Shown here in pieces: positions 52,046-64,000 of a DNA stretch of 64,000 nt. Made by a program: the position numbers and the translations under genes. Each line of letters starts with the position of its first letter. Within the stretch, counting starts at the first letter, position 1. Under the pieces are notes generated by a model. The model was not told the DNA's origin and ran no database searches. It saw only the letters and a program-made list of their open reading frames with translations. Source of the DNA: Rhizophagus irregularis (lineage: Eukaryota); assembly GCF_026210795.1 (NCBI RefSeq), contig NC_089430.1, forward strand, positions 1,364,001 through 1,428,000, written 5' to 3'.

Positions 52046-53274
52046 GTGCAAGCGACATATATTATGGACGGTCAAAGCCTTCACGATCCAGCTACAGTTC
52101 GGATTATATCCGCAGAGAGTGTGAGAAAAATTTTAAAGGCATGGGATTTCGATGAAATGGTAATCAACTCATGGTATAATGATGTAGAAGTTCTGGTGGA
52201 AGAAAATGATATGTTTTATGTCACTAGAATAGCGATTCTTTGTGGAATGAAACACTTTCATGCAAGTGATTGTCCTATCATTAACGCACCTTACACCAAG
52301 ATTCATCTTCGACTCACAGATAAGAATCATGCATGACTATTCTACCGTATTTTAATGAAACAATTTTGTCAGCAAAAGGCGGTTTTTCCTTCTTATCTCT
52401 ATTCTCTTAACATTCAAACGGCCGCTTTTTTACTTCATATGGTATTGCCAGCTTAAAGTTACTCATTAGTGCGTGCCACAGCTTAAGGGTATTGGCTATA
52501 AGCGATATAGTGGATGATGAACTGGTCAAAATTATAACAATCTCGTGTCCCTCCCTTCATTGCATAAGATTATCCTCGTGTGATGGTGTAACTGATGATT
52601 CACTAAAATTGCTTGCAAAAACATATTCTCATCTTCTGTCATTAGACTTGGGTGGTGATAGCTGTCATATTTCAGATGCGGGCATCAAATCATTAACACA
52701 ATCGTGTACTGAGTTACAAGCCATTGATCTCGATAACTGCGAGTATATAACAGACAAGTCCATAGAATACATAGCAAACTCTTGTCCAAACCTAAAAAAG
52801 TTAGGATTGATTTGCTGCAACACCATCACCGAAAATGTGATTGTTGGTCTACTTCGGTGTTGTACACAAATTGAGACCCTCCTGATACCGGAATGCAATG
52901 TTAGTGACAAGACTATGTCTGTTATCACTGAATGTTGTCCACAATTGAGAGCTCTAGATGTTTGTAGTAAAATTCTAACCAATGAGCCTGTTATCGCTTT
53001 TATCGAGTCATGCAGAAAGGTAGAAGACTTAGTACTTCATTATCGCAATATGACTACTTTTGTCATAAATACCATTGCACAAAATTGTCCTGTTTTGCAT
53101 TTACTTGACGTGGAATGTGACCAGGAATTAAGTGTAGACTTGATAGGAACATTGTACGGTTCGAGGTCATTTGGCTTTACCGAAAAACGTTGCACTAAAT
53201 TCAGATATAGACAAGTTAGTATCCGAACTTGCTCCTCATTTGATGAAATGTTTCCCAGGAATATGGATCTCTAA
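52046..53274 (+). pseudogene. Cysteine-containing LRR (RNI/FBXL-like) protein, 5' part disrupted
   Basis: Repeats such as CPSLHCIRLSSCDGVTDDSL and CTELQAIDLDNCEYITDKSI; upstream ORF 52046-52336 separated by TGA and a frameshift. Confidence 0.7.
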
Positions 53275-53807
53275 ATCATGGGACATATACTCTATAAGAG
53301 ATGAGTTAGAGTTATGTCAAAATATTTGAAGGGCATTATTTCGCAATGTAGAAGTGGGACACTTTAGTAAACATCATAGTCGTATTGCATTAATCTGTAT
53401 TTGGGAAAGAAAGGTTTCTGCTGTTTGATCTCATTTGAAGTAATTTTTCTCGTCAATAAAACTTCTCACATTGTACCTTGTACTTTCACGGGTTCTTAGA
53501 AATAGTGACTTCAGTCCAAGCTTCTTATTCGCACATATTGTTAAATATAATAATCTATGTGTTATAACAAACACAAAATGAATACAAAAAATAAAGTCTT
53601 AGGGACACAGCCAGTGGTAGTCTATTCAGAATAGTTCCTAATAGTTGAGATTCATACATTAAGAAGTCAAATAGTTTCTTTTTTACCCCTCCACTCTTTG
53701 AAGGTCTATTCCACTTACATTTTTGTATTATTCGATCACAGTAGATGATAATAGTCCAAGAGACCTTGTATGATTGGGTTAATGAAATAGGCGTCAAGAG
53801 TCAGGAC

Positions 53808-56800
53808 TAGTGATACCGGGCGAAACTATTTTTTTCAATCCGAAATATTTCGTCTTTTTTTTTGAAGGATAAATTTATTCCGAAACCTAAACTTATTCCG
53901 AAACTTAAATGTATATCCGAAATGATGAAATATGTATTTATAGTACAACATAGTATTTAAGGTTTAGTAAACTAGCCAATTATAGTATAATTATTTTATT
54001 TTACATTTAGTAAATGTATAATTTTAATAAATTTCAAAGAAAATGTAACACAATTTTCAACATATTATTATCAAAAAAGTTATAAGCATGTGAAAAAAAT
54101 ACGATTTCTAATATAAAATTGATTATAAAGTGTCTCCTTCTAATTCATTATCAAGTTAATATTGTTGAATTAATTCTTCAACATCATAATTACTTTCCAT
54201 TTCTACATTTTCACTATCGTCTAGTTCATCTTCACCATCAGTTTCATTAACATCATCATTAATATCACTATCATCCGAATTTTCACCATCATTATTCAAA
54301 CATTTTACTGCATTTTTTAAATTAAACATTTCTTCAATAATCAAAACCCGTACTTCATGATTAGGAATTTCTGAAATAGGAATATTTCTTCTATTATCGA
54401 TTTCATCTTCCTCCTCTTCAAATTGTAAACATGTTGAATTATTAATCATTTCATGCACTTCGTCCTCTGTATATTGTTGACCAACATAAGCAAGCTCATT
54501 TTTAATATTAGATACATAAAATGACCGAATTTTTGCCATAGCCTCAACCTTTAAAAGTTCTAATTGTTGCCGTTGTGTACCATATAACCAGCCAAGAGTG
54601 GAAAAAATTCTTTCACATCCTGCACTATGTGAAGTGATAGAAAACACCATTATAGCCAATGCAGGAAGATAATCATACTTGTCTTTGATTGTAAGCCACC
54701 AACTCATTGGTGTTTCAAGATGGCTATCAAACTTTTGATTATATGGACTCTTTCGCAATTCATAATTACGCATTTGTGCCAAAAGACGATTACATAACCT
54801 CCTGTCACCACCATTGTTTTGCCAAATCTGAGCCGCGGTAGTAGTGATAGTTTTCCAATATACTGCTTTTAATTCACGTGCTATTAAATATTTATAAAAA
54901 AATCAATTTATTTTTTTTTAATAAATAATTTCATTAAAAAATTAGGATTTTACTAACCGCGATAGGCAGGATGTAAAAAATATGCCAAAATATAGATTTT
55001 TGGATCAAACTTGTCCCAATATTTGTTAAATGATTCGATACAATGTTGATGAAATTCTACCATTCCTCGAGAAGGTAATTTTTTAATAGTATTTGCTATT
55101 AAAATCAATTGAAGAAAGCAATCAGCAAGGTTTGCATTAGCACTTTCAAGTAAGGTAATTGCAGTTTTAATCGGCTTTAGAACTTTGGTTAATTTATCAA
55201 CGTTTGAGAAAAATTCTGAGCTTCGAATATTTCGTCTAACACTTTTATTTGTGATTTCATTAGGATTATTCTTCAAAACCTATAAATATTTTACGAAATA
55301 TTATTAATAATCAGTAATATTACAATAACAAAATAAGAATTTATAGATATTGAAATAAACTCACATGTTCTAGTGCCATTCGTAAATGAGACACGGAACT
55401 TATAGCTTCATACATGGAAGTCCATCTTGTTTCACAGTATGTTTTAAGCCCTCCTCCTACAATTTGTAATGCAGTAGTAGCATCGGTCAATAATTTTCCT
55501 ACTATATGAGAACGTTTAAAGAATGATGTAATCTGATTACAGCCACTAATCGTTATTTTAGCCAAATCATGTTCTAAAATTAAAAAAAAAAGGTTAAAAA
55601 GATGAATTTTTAACAATAATTCATAATTATTTTATAGAATTTGAAACATACCCATAATCTGTTTGGTTACTAAATTGACGAAATGAGCAATGCACCAATG
55701 ATCAATAATGTTTGGAAATTGGTTCGTAACAATTTCTCTTGCTTTAACGCAATTTGCAGCATTATCAGTAACTAATGCAGAAACTTTTTCAGGGCCAATT
55801 TTTTTGATAATATCCGTAATTTGGCTTGCAAGAAAATCTCCTGTATGATGATCGCCTGAGTAGTCATAAAGAGCATAAAGGTATTGTTCTCGATCAGGAG
55901 TTAGGATTACATAGTTATAAACAGAAACACCATTTGGATTTGTCCAGCCATCAAGTGCTTAAAGAGTTAAACAATTAGAATTTAAAATTTTTAAATTTTT
56001 AAAAATTCATTTGATAACAAAACTTACCAAGTGTTAAATTCTCAGAATTTTTAATGATCTCCTTAATCTTGTCATTAATTCTTGCTGTTTCTTGATTTAA
56101 AAGTCTACCACTCAGCAATTCGCTTGTTGGAGGCTCATATCCTAGTCTCATTTCGTGGAGAAATTCAATAAAAAATGGATTCTCAATAATTGAGAATGGA
56201 ATACCGCAACATATAAATGCGCGCACAAGAGCACGAGTAATAGAAGCCTTTTTTTGAGAATTTATGTTAGTTGACTCAAACCAATCAGTCAACTCCCGCT
56301 GGTCCACCTGAGTTTTTCTTTTTTTACTATTTTCTGGCGAAGAAAAGGTATCTTCCCTTCCAAAATCCCGCGCAGAAACTACACCTAAGTAGAACGAATG
56401 AACAAGTTCTGGAACTTCTCTACAGTTGTTTGCTAAGTGATCTTCTAGCTCATTTGGATGACCACGAGGCCAATATATCCTACAATAATGACATTTGGCC
56501 AAAAAATGACCAGCAGACTTGAGTGGTTTCTTCTCATAATGTCTCCATACTTCACTTTGAGGACGACCACCTTTCTTCTTTTGTTGTTCAGTTGGAGTGT
56601 CTATTTTCTATAGAATATTGAACATTCATGAATATAGCAAAACAGCGAAAGTAATACATTGACGTGACTTTTGGCAATATATAAAGTCATTTGGTATCTC
56701 GTGCGGTTGTGCCTCGTGGGTTTTTTTCTATTTTAACAGTTATTGATTATCATTGATTTGATCATAATTAAAGTTTCACAGTCCGTATCAAAACTGTGCT

Positions 56801-57522
56801 ACATAATAATCCAATATAATATTGATCAGATGATCAATTTTTTTCAACTCTTTGTCTATTTTTAAACCTATCTAACTTGGAAGTTAGAATAATCTGACAA
56901 TTTCACAGTAGTAGTTGGTTACTAAACAACAGTTTAACTTTAGGACGTTCAAAGTACGCTGAGGGCAGAAATTGTGACTCAGGAAGGTTTTGTAGTTAGA
57001 GTAATTATAGATTTAGTTACGAGGATATTAAAGTACGCCAAGTGACTTGTAAAGATTATAGTTAGATTTGATGGATTAGTTGATTTATGAGGGATGGTAA
57101 ATTTGGTAAGTTAGATATGGAATGCATCGTGTCGGTATATAGAAATCTATAAAAGGATTGGTACAATTTTATTCATATGGGATGAAAGATTATGGTATCG
57201 TGAGAAATGTCTTGTACTGAACGGGTGATTATTTTATGGTGTATAATATAATAATATTGTTATAAAGCTGTGTTTATTTGTTAATATTTTATCATATTGT
57301 ATGTATAATATTTAATAAATTTTACTAAATTGTGTTTGAAAACATGTCGATTTATTTGTAAAATAAAAAAAAAACTAAAAATATGATATTTTTCAGTTTA
57401 GTCATAATTTCGGTTTAGTCATGTGACGAAATATTTCGGAATTTCGTAATTTGAAATGCATTGACAAAACAATTTCGGTTTCGTCACATGACTAAATATT
57501 TTGGTTTCGCCTGGGATCACTA
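53808..57522 (-). mobile_element. Full-length hAT DNA transposon, 3.7 kb
   Basis: 19-bp TIR TAGTGATACCGGGCGAAAC / GTTTCGCCTGGGATCACTA; exact 8-bp TSD GTCAGGAC at 53800-53807 and 57523-57530; CCGAAA/TTTCGG subterminal repeats. Confidence 0.95.
54156..56604 (-). CDS. hAT transposase, multi-exon; start codon appears to be ATA instead of ATG
   Basis: BED finger (VWRHY..CHYC..HLANNC), LDGW, VTDNAAN, CIAH, ETRWTS, FLHP, SAGCERIFS. Confidence 0.85.
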
Positions 57523-59397
57523 GTCAGGACTGAGCATAGCCCACGGTCATGGACGGTCTAAAAAAAGTCTTTAACATGTAACACATGTTATAGTTCTGTA
57601 TTTTGTAATACATATTGTTGTACATTGTTTCAATAAAGCAAGATTTGAAAAATAGTAGTTGCGAAATGTGCGCAGTAACACGTGAGTCTTGCCTTCCAAC
57701 ACTTCACGTAACTTTAACTTTTATATTCTGTTGTTTCATTGCTGCAATCTAAAACATTTTCTCGTTTAATTTTTCTGGTTTGGCGTTCATGTATCATTTA
57801 TTAAGAATGTTCTTGTCATCCAATACTAATCTGGAACTTGTCCAATTGTAGTAAAATTAATTATCATATGATTCTCTGAACATTTGTTCAAGGTGTCATG
57901 TGCGCAAAACCAATCTAATAATAAGTTCCTTTTTGTAACACTTTTGAACGATTTTAGTTCTATTAATTGTGGATCAACTCATATGCATATCATTTTGTCA
58001 TTTTCATGCAGTCTCTAACTGATTGGTTCTTTATATGAAAATCAGGGATATAATTTATGTAAATGTTAATTATTACTTATTTTCTCGATACGGGTAACAC
58101 TGTACTTTAACATAAAAAAATAAGAAAATTTTACTAATAAGGAAAGATTAATGTGAGATAATACATTAATAACCGTCATATTAGTACAACATTTGTAATA
58201 CTATAATACATACTCGAATACTATTGCAGCTAGTATATTTGCGTATCAGGTATAGTTTTTTGTCTACCAAAAGACAGTTACACAGAGAACTCATTATCTG
58301 TGTCATTAGTTAGAATTAAGTATACAAACACGATGAAGATTATGGAATAGAGGTTTCCCGAGACATTAACATTAATTTTGTCATACATGAAATTACAATT
58401 TCAGTAGTTTTGATTAACTTTTTTTGGATAATGCGCATCCAAGTACAAAAACATTTGTTACTTTCTAGGGCACACAGTATTTGTGCAATGAAATTAATAA
58501 ATTTATTTTTTGTTCATATACCACTATAAAATGGTCATTTGTTTTCCGAATGTGGAAATATGTTTGAAGGTTTCTTTAGGGTGAGCGAAACCTGCTTTTA
58601 GCTTCGTTGGAGACATGAACTCTTTCTGTAAAAAAACGGAACATGAAAGAAAAGAAATAATAAGGTGAATTAGTCTTTAAACCTTCTGAAGGAAGTAGTA
58701 TTCGGTAAAATTATTAAAACTACCAGTTACAAATTTAGTCATACACGCCTTTTTTACCAACATTTATATATCTAGTCAGTGGAATATACTTTCATCATAT
58801 ATTTATCAAATTAATAAATTACATTTGCCAATATGATCGTTACTGTTATTAATGTGGTTATCATTATTTAAAGTAAATAAATTATTGTAACCCTGTTCAT
58901 TGTATCATAATTACCAATTTCTAATAAATTTATCGCATAATTCTTGTTTTTAGTTTAGGTTAATTTTTGGTCTATCTACCTGAATTTAAGTTTCGATCAT
59001 CTTATAATACATAAAACCGCAGTAAACAAATATGAGATAGATCAACATACTTTTAGACCAGTCTCTATAAGCATAGTGTAGGTAGCACAATACTTCTTAA
59101 AAGAAATTCTATTTCAGCGGTTTATTTTTGAGTTGTACATGAACATTGTTCATGATATCATGTGTCTTTTTTGAGCCAATGTGGTTATTATTTCCAGAAC
59201 CTTCCTGAATGTTTTTCCTGTCCGGAAAAAAATATATTTTATATCTTTAACAAACTCCTTAACAGTAACTAATGAATTCTATAAAAAAGCCGTTTTATAT
59301 GTTGAAGGGTATCATGGACATTATGGGATATATAGTTTGTTGGTATGTATTATATAAAGGTCAGTTTTTTCGTTAACTCTAAATTAGTCTTCAAAAA

Positions 59398-60297
59398 ATG
59401 GTGATGGCCATGTTAGCAGAAAAATCCAGCTCTCCTTATTTTTGTCTAATTTGCTCTAACGAAATCCAAGTAGCTGTCACACACTGTCCATTAGATGATA
59501 CAAATAATTCTCTTCTGATTATTAAATGTCAAGAAGACTTCATTACGTTTACATGTACACACCAGTATCATTTGTCTTGTATAAATAAATAGCCTTTGCC
59601 TTTGTCTTGCCCGCTTTGTCCCAGGAATGACTACCAGCAGAATGAAGGAGTTCTCATATTTTCTGACGCATATGGACATACTGAAGTCAAAGGGACCCAT
59701 TTAATTGTTGATAACGAATTTGGAAATAACACTATGTCCATCTCAGCTAATGAAAGTATAAATAGGACAAGCGATATTTCTTACGTGAGCGAATATTAGT
59801 ACAAAAATGGAGAAAATCTAGTAGTAACATACGACCAAAGTCCTAGCACTACAGTTGATAAGACACCCAATGTTCCTTGGAAAAAAAAGAAAAATAAAAA
59901 AGTCAAGAAAGACATCATACTAGTTCTCAATCATGAACTGCTGAACCTGAATGATGAACCTCTAAAAACTGTTAGATCGGTTAATGTCCTAACTGCCTCT
60001 TATAGGATGCACCATTTAGCTCAACTATGGGAGGAGACGGACAATTGTGACAACGAAATGAGAGATACAATCTGAGAAGGCTTAATATGTTACTTCTTGT
60101 TGGAAAAAAATCTAAATGAATGTTATGACGAACTTGTTAATGACAATTATCCTCAGTTGGAAGCTAAAAAGAAAATAAAACAAGAGATCAAAAGTTTTTT
60201 CAACAGATCAGACAATTCACTAGCTAACAAGACAGAGAAGGCAAGAACAGGGTGGACATCCTTATATCAACTTGCCAATCATTTGCCGATCATATAG
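59398..60297 (+). pseudogene. RING-finger-containing gene with several stops
   Basis: CLIC...CTHQYHLSCINK*PLPLSCPLC (RING-H2-like), followed by an interrupted helical region ending NKTEKART. Confidence 0.6.
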
Positions 60298-60321
60298 TAA
60301 TTTGGTGATATCAGACTTTAA

Positions 60322-60871
60322 GGCTTCGGGCGAAGCCACAGAAGTTCGGGCGAAACTTGAAACTTTTATGGGTTATAGATTAACAGTTTTAGAATTAATG
60401 GCCAAAGTAACACAGTAAAATTTTAGGTAACACAAAAGTTATGGCCGAAATTATACTGGCAATCATATTGTTATAATTTATATAATAAATAGAAGTTTTT
60501 AAAATATCATTTCTCAATCAATTTTGTGTAAATATTTATGAACTTACAATCAAAATGTTCGTCTTGATTTGATGAATTCAACAAGCCATAAAACATTAAA
60601 TTCTGATCACTGGCTGCTGCAGTATCATCAAATTACTTTTAATTTTTCTAATTATATGATGTAATTTTGGCTAATTTCGACCATTTTGACCCTCAAGATG
60701 ATCAATTCAAATTATTTTAGTTTTATGTACAGTATAACAGAATTTGCAAAAAAACCCATAATGGTGATTTTGTTATGTGATAATATCGAATAGATAATTA
60801 ACAAATGATCGGCAAAATGATCTGCAAAAATATGATAATACGAGGATGTCCGCTGTTACTTCGACCAGATC
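60322..60871. mobile_element. Putative non-autonomous TTAA-flanked element (Kolobok-like, tentative)
   Basis: Weak TIRs GGCTTCGGGCGAAGCCACAG / CTGTTACTTCGACCAGATC with TTAA at both ends; partial second copy at 17985-18155. Confidence 0.5.
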
Positions 60872-60971
60872 TTAAATTAATTTAATAATGGAATTAAAAG
60901 ATTTTTTTACTGCTTTATATTACCGACTAGTTTTTGTTATTCTAGAAAAGAATACTTTTCTAGTAGCTAGC

Positions 60972-63800
60972 TAATGTTCCGGGCTAAACCATTTTATGAT
61001 TGGCGAAACGTTTCGTCTTTTAGGGTAAACTTCCGAAACTGTTCCCAAACTTCCGTAACATGCCCAAACTTCCGTAATTTCTGAAACATTAATTTTTAAA
61101 TTACTTATATCCGAAATTTCTGAAACTTATTTATTGTGATTAAATGTAAAATAAAAATAAAGTAAATTTAAAGTTTAAAATTTATTGTTTGTTTATTGAA
61201 TTCTTTATTATTATTAGCAAACAAACTTTACATATCATCAATTATTTTATCAGCTTCTGTATCAGGGTCCCATTCTATACTACTTTCATTTTCTGATATA
61301 ACTATATCTTGAATATTTTCCTCCTCCATACCTATATTGTCACTATCTTCAATGATTTCGTCTAAATCTTTTATAAATGCATTTGCGTCCAAATTTAACT
61401 CTTTGCTAATTATCAAATCATCCTCCTTGTCAAATATCCTTGCTTCTATATCATCAAATTCATAATCATCATCAATAACTTCAATAAGATCATCATCTGG
61501 ATTCAAATGCGCATCAACCAAAATATTACGAATTTCCTCATTTGTTTTTTCTATACCATAATATGGCAATTCTTGTTTTGCATGTGCATGATAATAAGCA
61601 GATAATTTATGCATACTTTCAATTTTGTTTAAACCTAATCGATTTCTTCTTTTACCATATAGCCATCCAAGATTAGACCAAACTCTTTCACATCCAGCCG
61701 CATGGGGTGTAATTGACAATAGTTTAAGTGCTAATTGCACTAAGTAATCCTCTCCTTCTGGAAAACTATCTTCTATAGAAATCCACCAAGTAGTTAGAAA
61801 TTCTGTATCTCCTAATTCAACATCAAATGGCTGTTCACGTTTACAAAATAATTTCATCTGATGCATTAATTCTTTTCATGCATAATTTGATCTTCCCATT
61901 TTTTTAAAAATTTCATCTGCAGTCATCAGGAGATTTCGAAAAGTTCCACGTGTCCAACAAATTTCTATAATTAATAATAAAGATCTCAATAAGTGTATCT
62001 TTGAATAGTATAAATAAAAACCTGTTTCTAACCTTTATAACCTGGATGTAAAAAAAAACTTAGTAAATATAATGGATCTGCAAATTCAGCATAACGTTTA
62101 TTGAATATTGCAATGGATTGACGACGAAAACACAATAATCATTTTCAGGTAAGGTTTTGATTGCAGCTCCAAGCTGAGCCAGTCCAAGCAAACAGTCAGC
62201 AAGTGTACATGATTGTGATTCTAATGTTAAAATTGCTTTTTTGATAGGATGTAAAGCAAATGCTAATGCACGTACATCATCAAAAAAAGCACGAGATCGT
62301 AATATTGTTAAAATTGCTTGTGGAAGAAGGTTTTCATAATCTGTTTGTAACTTTAAAAAAATACATTTCAATTAGTTAACTGTTATTATATAAAAATTAA
62401 TGTAAATTAAAAGATGTATAATAATATAATTACCTTCTCCAAAACTTCTTTATGACGCCTAATAGAATCAACACAATCAAACATGGTGTGCCATTGGGTA
62501 TTAACCCATCTTTTTAACCCACCTCCGCTTATATTACAAATTTTGGCCTCTTTTTTTAAAGCTGCACCTAATGAATACCACTTTTGTTAATGATTATTTG
62601 CTAAATAAAAACAAAAAAAAGCAAAAAATTTATATAAAATATTACCTCCTTGATGACTTTTTTTGAAGTAAGTTACAATTGTATTGCATCGAGTTAGAAT
62701 TTTATTTGCAAAAGAAGTATTGCATATATCCTTGGAAATTAGATTAATTGAATGAGCAATACAATGAACATTAAGGATATTTGGATATTTTTCAGTAATT
62801 ATCTTATGAGCATTTTGAATATTTGCCCCTGCATCTGACACTATTGCACAAAATTTTTCAGAGCCAATTTGCTCAATCACTTCTTCCAATTCTTTCGCTA
62901 AAAACATACCAGTATGGCTTTCATCTGATAAGTTTTTTAAACACCACAAATATTCTTTACAAGCTGGTGTATGGATGAGAAAATTCCAAATTGATTCATT
63001 TGCTGCATTGGTCCATCCATCGCATGCTTTAAATTTTAAAATTTTGAAAAATGAAAAAAATGTTATCATTAATATAATTTTCATATTTATATAAAATTGT
63101 TATCTGTTACTTACACAATGTTAAATTTGTAGAATTGTTTAATTCTTTTTATTTGCAACAGCCACTTCTTGCGTAAAAAGTTGGTTAGAAAGTATTTCAC
63201 AAGAAGGTGGTACATATCCTGGACGTAATGTTCTTACAAATTCTACAAAAAATGGATTTTTGATAATATGCCAGGGTATACTACATATGACAAAAGCTTT
63301 TACACACGCCCGATCAATTTCATGACTTTTTTCTGGAGAGAGCTTTGAACTTTCATGAAAATCTGTTATTCTTGTTTGGCTTTGTTCAGTTCTCCCATTA
63401 TTATTGAATTTTCGTCTTTTATTTGATGGATTTTCAGCTTTTGCAGCAAGTCTGTTTAGAAATAACTGTTTCACTTCTATTGGAACCTTTAAACAGTCAT
63501 TAGCAAAGTGTGCCTCTAAATTTTGGGGTGAACCTTTATGCCAAAAAGTGTTACAATATAAACAAGTAGCCTCATAGTGACCATCTGATACTTGTTTACC
63601 CTGTTTAGCGTAAGTTCCCCATACAAGTGACTTGGGCCTACCACCCAAATTTTTTGATTTTTTATTTTCTTCACATTGTAGTAAATCATCTTCTGGTAAA
63701 AACTCTTGATATTCTAGTTCACCTAACATTTTGCACGTCTACCGCGTCAAAAATTTAACTACGCGTCAAAATTTAAAGCTGCAGTTTCCGCAGTTTATAT
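60972..63800 (-). mobile_element. Second hAT element; only one end visible
   Basis: End TAATGTTCCGGGCTAAAC resembles the TIR of the 53808 element; AAACTTCCG subterminal repeats follow. Confidence 0.75.
61228..63729 (-). pseudogene. hAT transposase, disrupted
   Basis: BED finger, CDGW, SDAGAN, CIAH, AAGCERVWS; frameshift near 62125 and TGA at 61876. Confidence 0.85.
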
Positions 63801-63801
63801 A

Positions 63802-64000
63802 CAGTCGTCCCCCTCTATAGTCACACCTCTTGGGACCACACAATGCTGTGACTATAGAGAGGTGTGCTTATATGAGACTTTTACAATATAGTCACATATA
63901 TATAAAATTTTTGTATTAGCGTGACTATAAATTTTTTTTTTATTTGTTATTTTTATATAATAATCTTTATTTTAAAATTAAATATAATTATATAACATGA
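63802..64000. mobile_element. Left end of a Tc1/mariner (pogo-like) element inserted upstream of the hAT transposase
   Basis: TA|CAGTCGTCCCCTCTATAGTCAC with internal inverted motif GTGACTATAGAG; the other end is not in the window. Confidence 0.6.

Overview
Very AT-rich eukaryotic DNA with short GT-AG introns. Gene families (tyrosine-kinase-like kinases with WTSGN...LEWIPY leaders, Crinkler-type SAM/nuclease genes, F-box/LRR genes, intron-containing hAT transposases) point to an arbuscular mycorrhizal fungus of the Rhizophagus type; this is an inference. The main signal is a 22-exon gene at 4173-15017 encoding about 2,980 aa. It has 21 tandem kinase N-lobe modules, about one per phase-0 exon, with variable loops and mosaic shuffling, and only the last is completed by a catalytic C-lobe. 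A second gene (34405-37847, minus) has the same design with 4 zinc-finger+N-lobe modules and a long poly-Asp loop, and a single-module relative lies at 29104-30789. Between them is a ubiquitin(LRLRGG)-PARP-like ADP-ribosyltransferase fusion gene. The rest is transposon-rich: several MITEs with TSDs, an ORF1-only polyadenylated retroelement with a 17-bp TSD, a complete hAT element, a second broken hAT, and a dense block of decayed genes (42.5-53.3 kb) with many TGA stops resembling CpG deamination. All gene models were spliced by eye; no searches were run.
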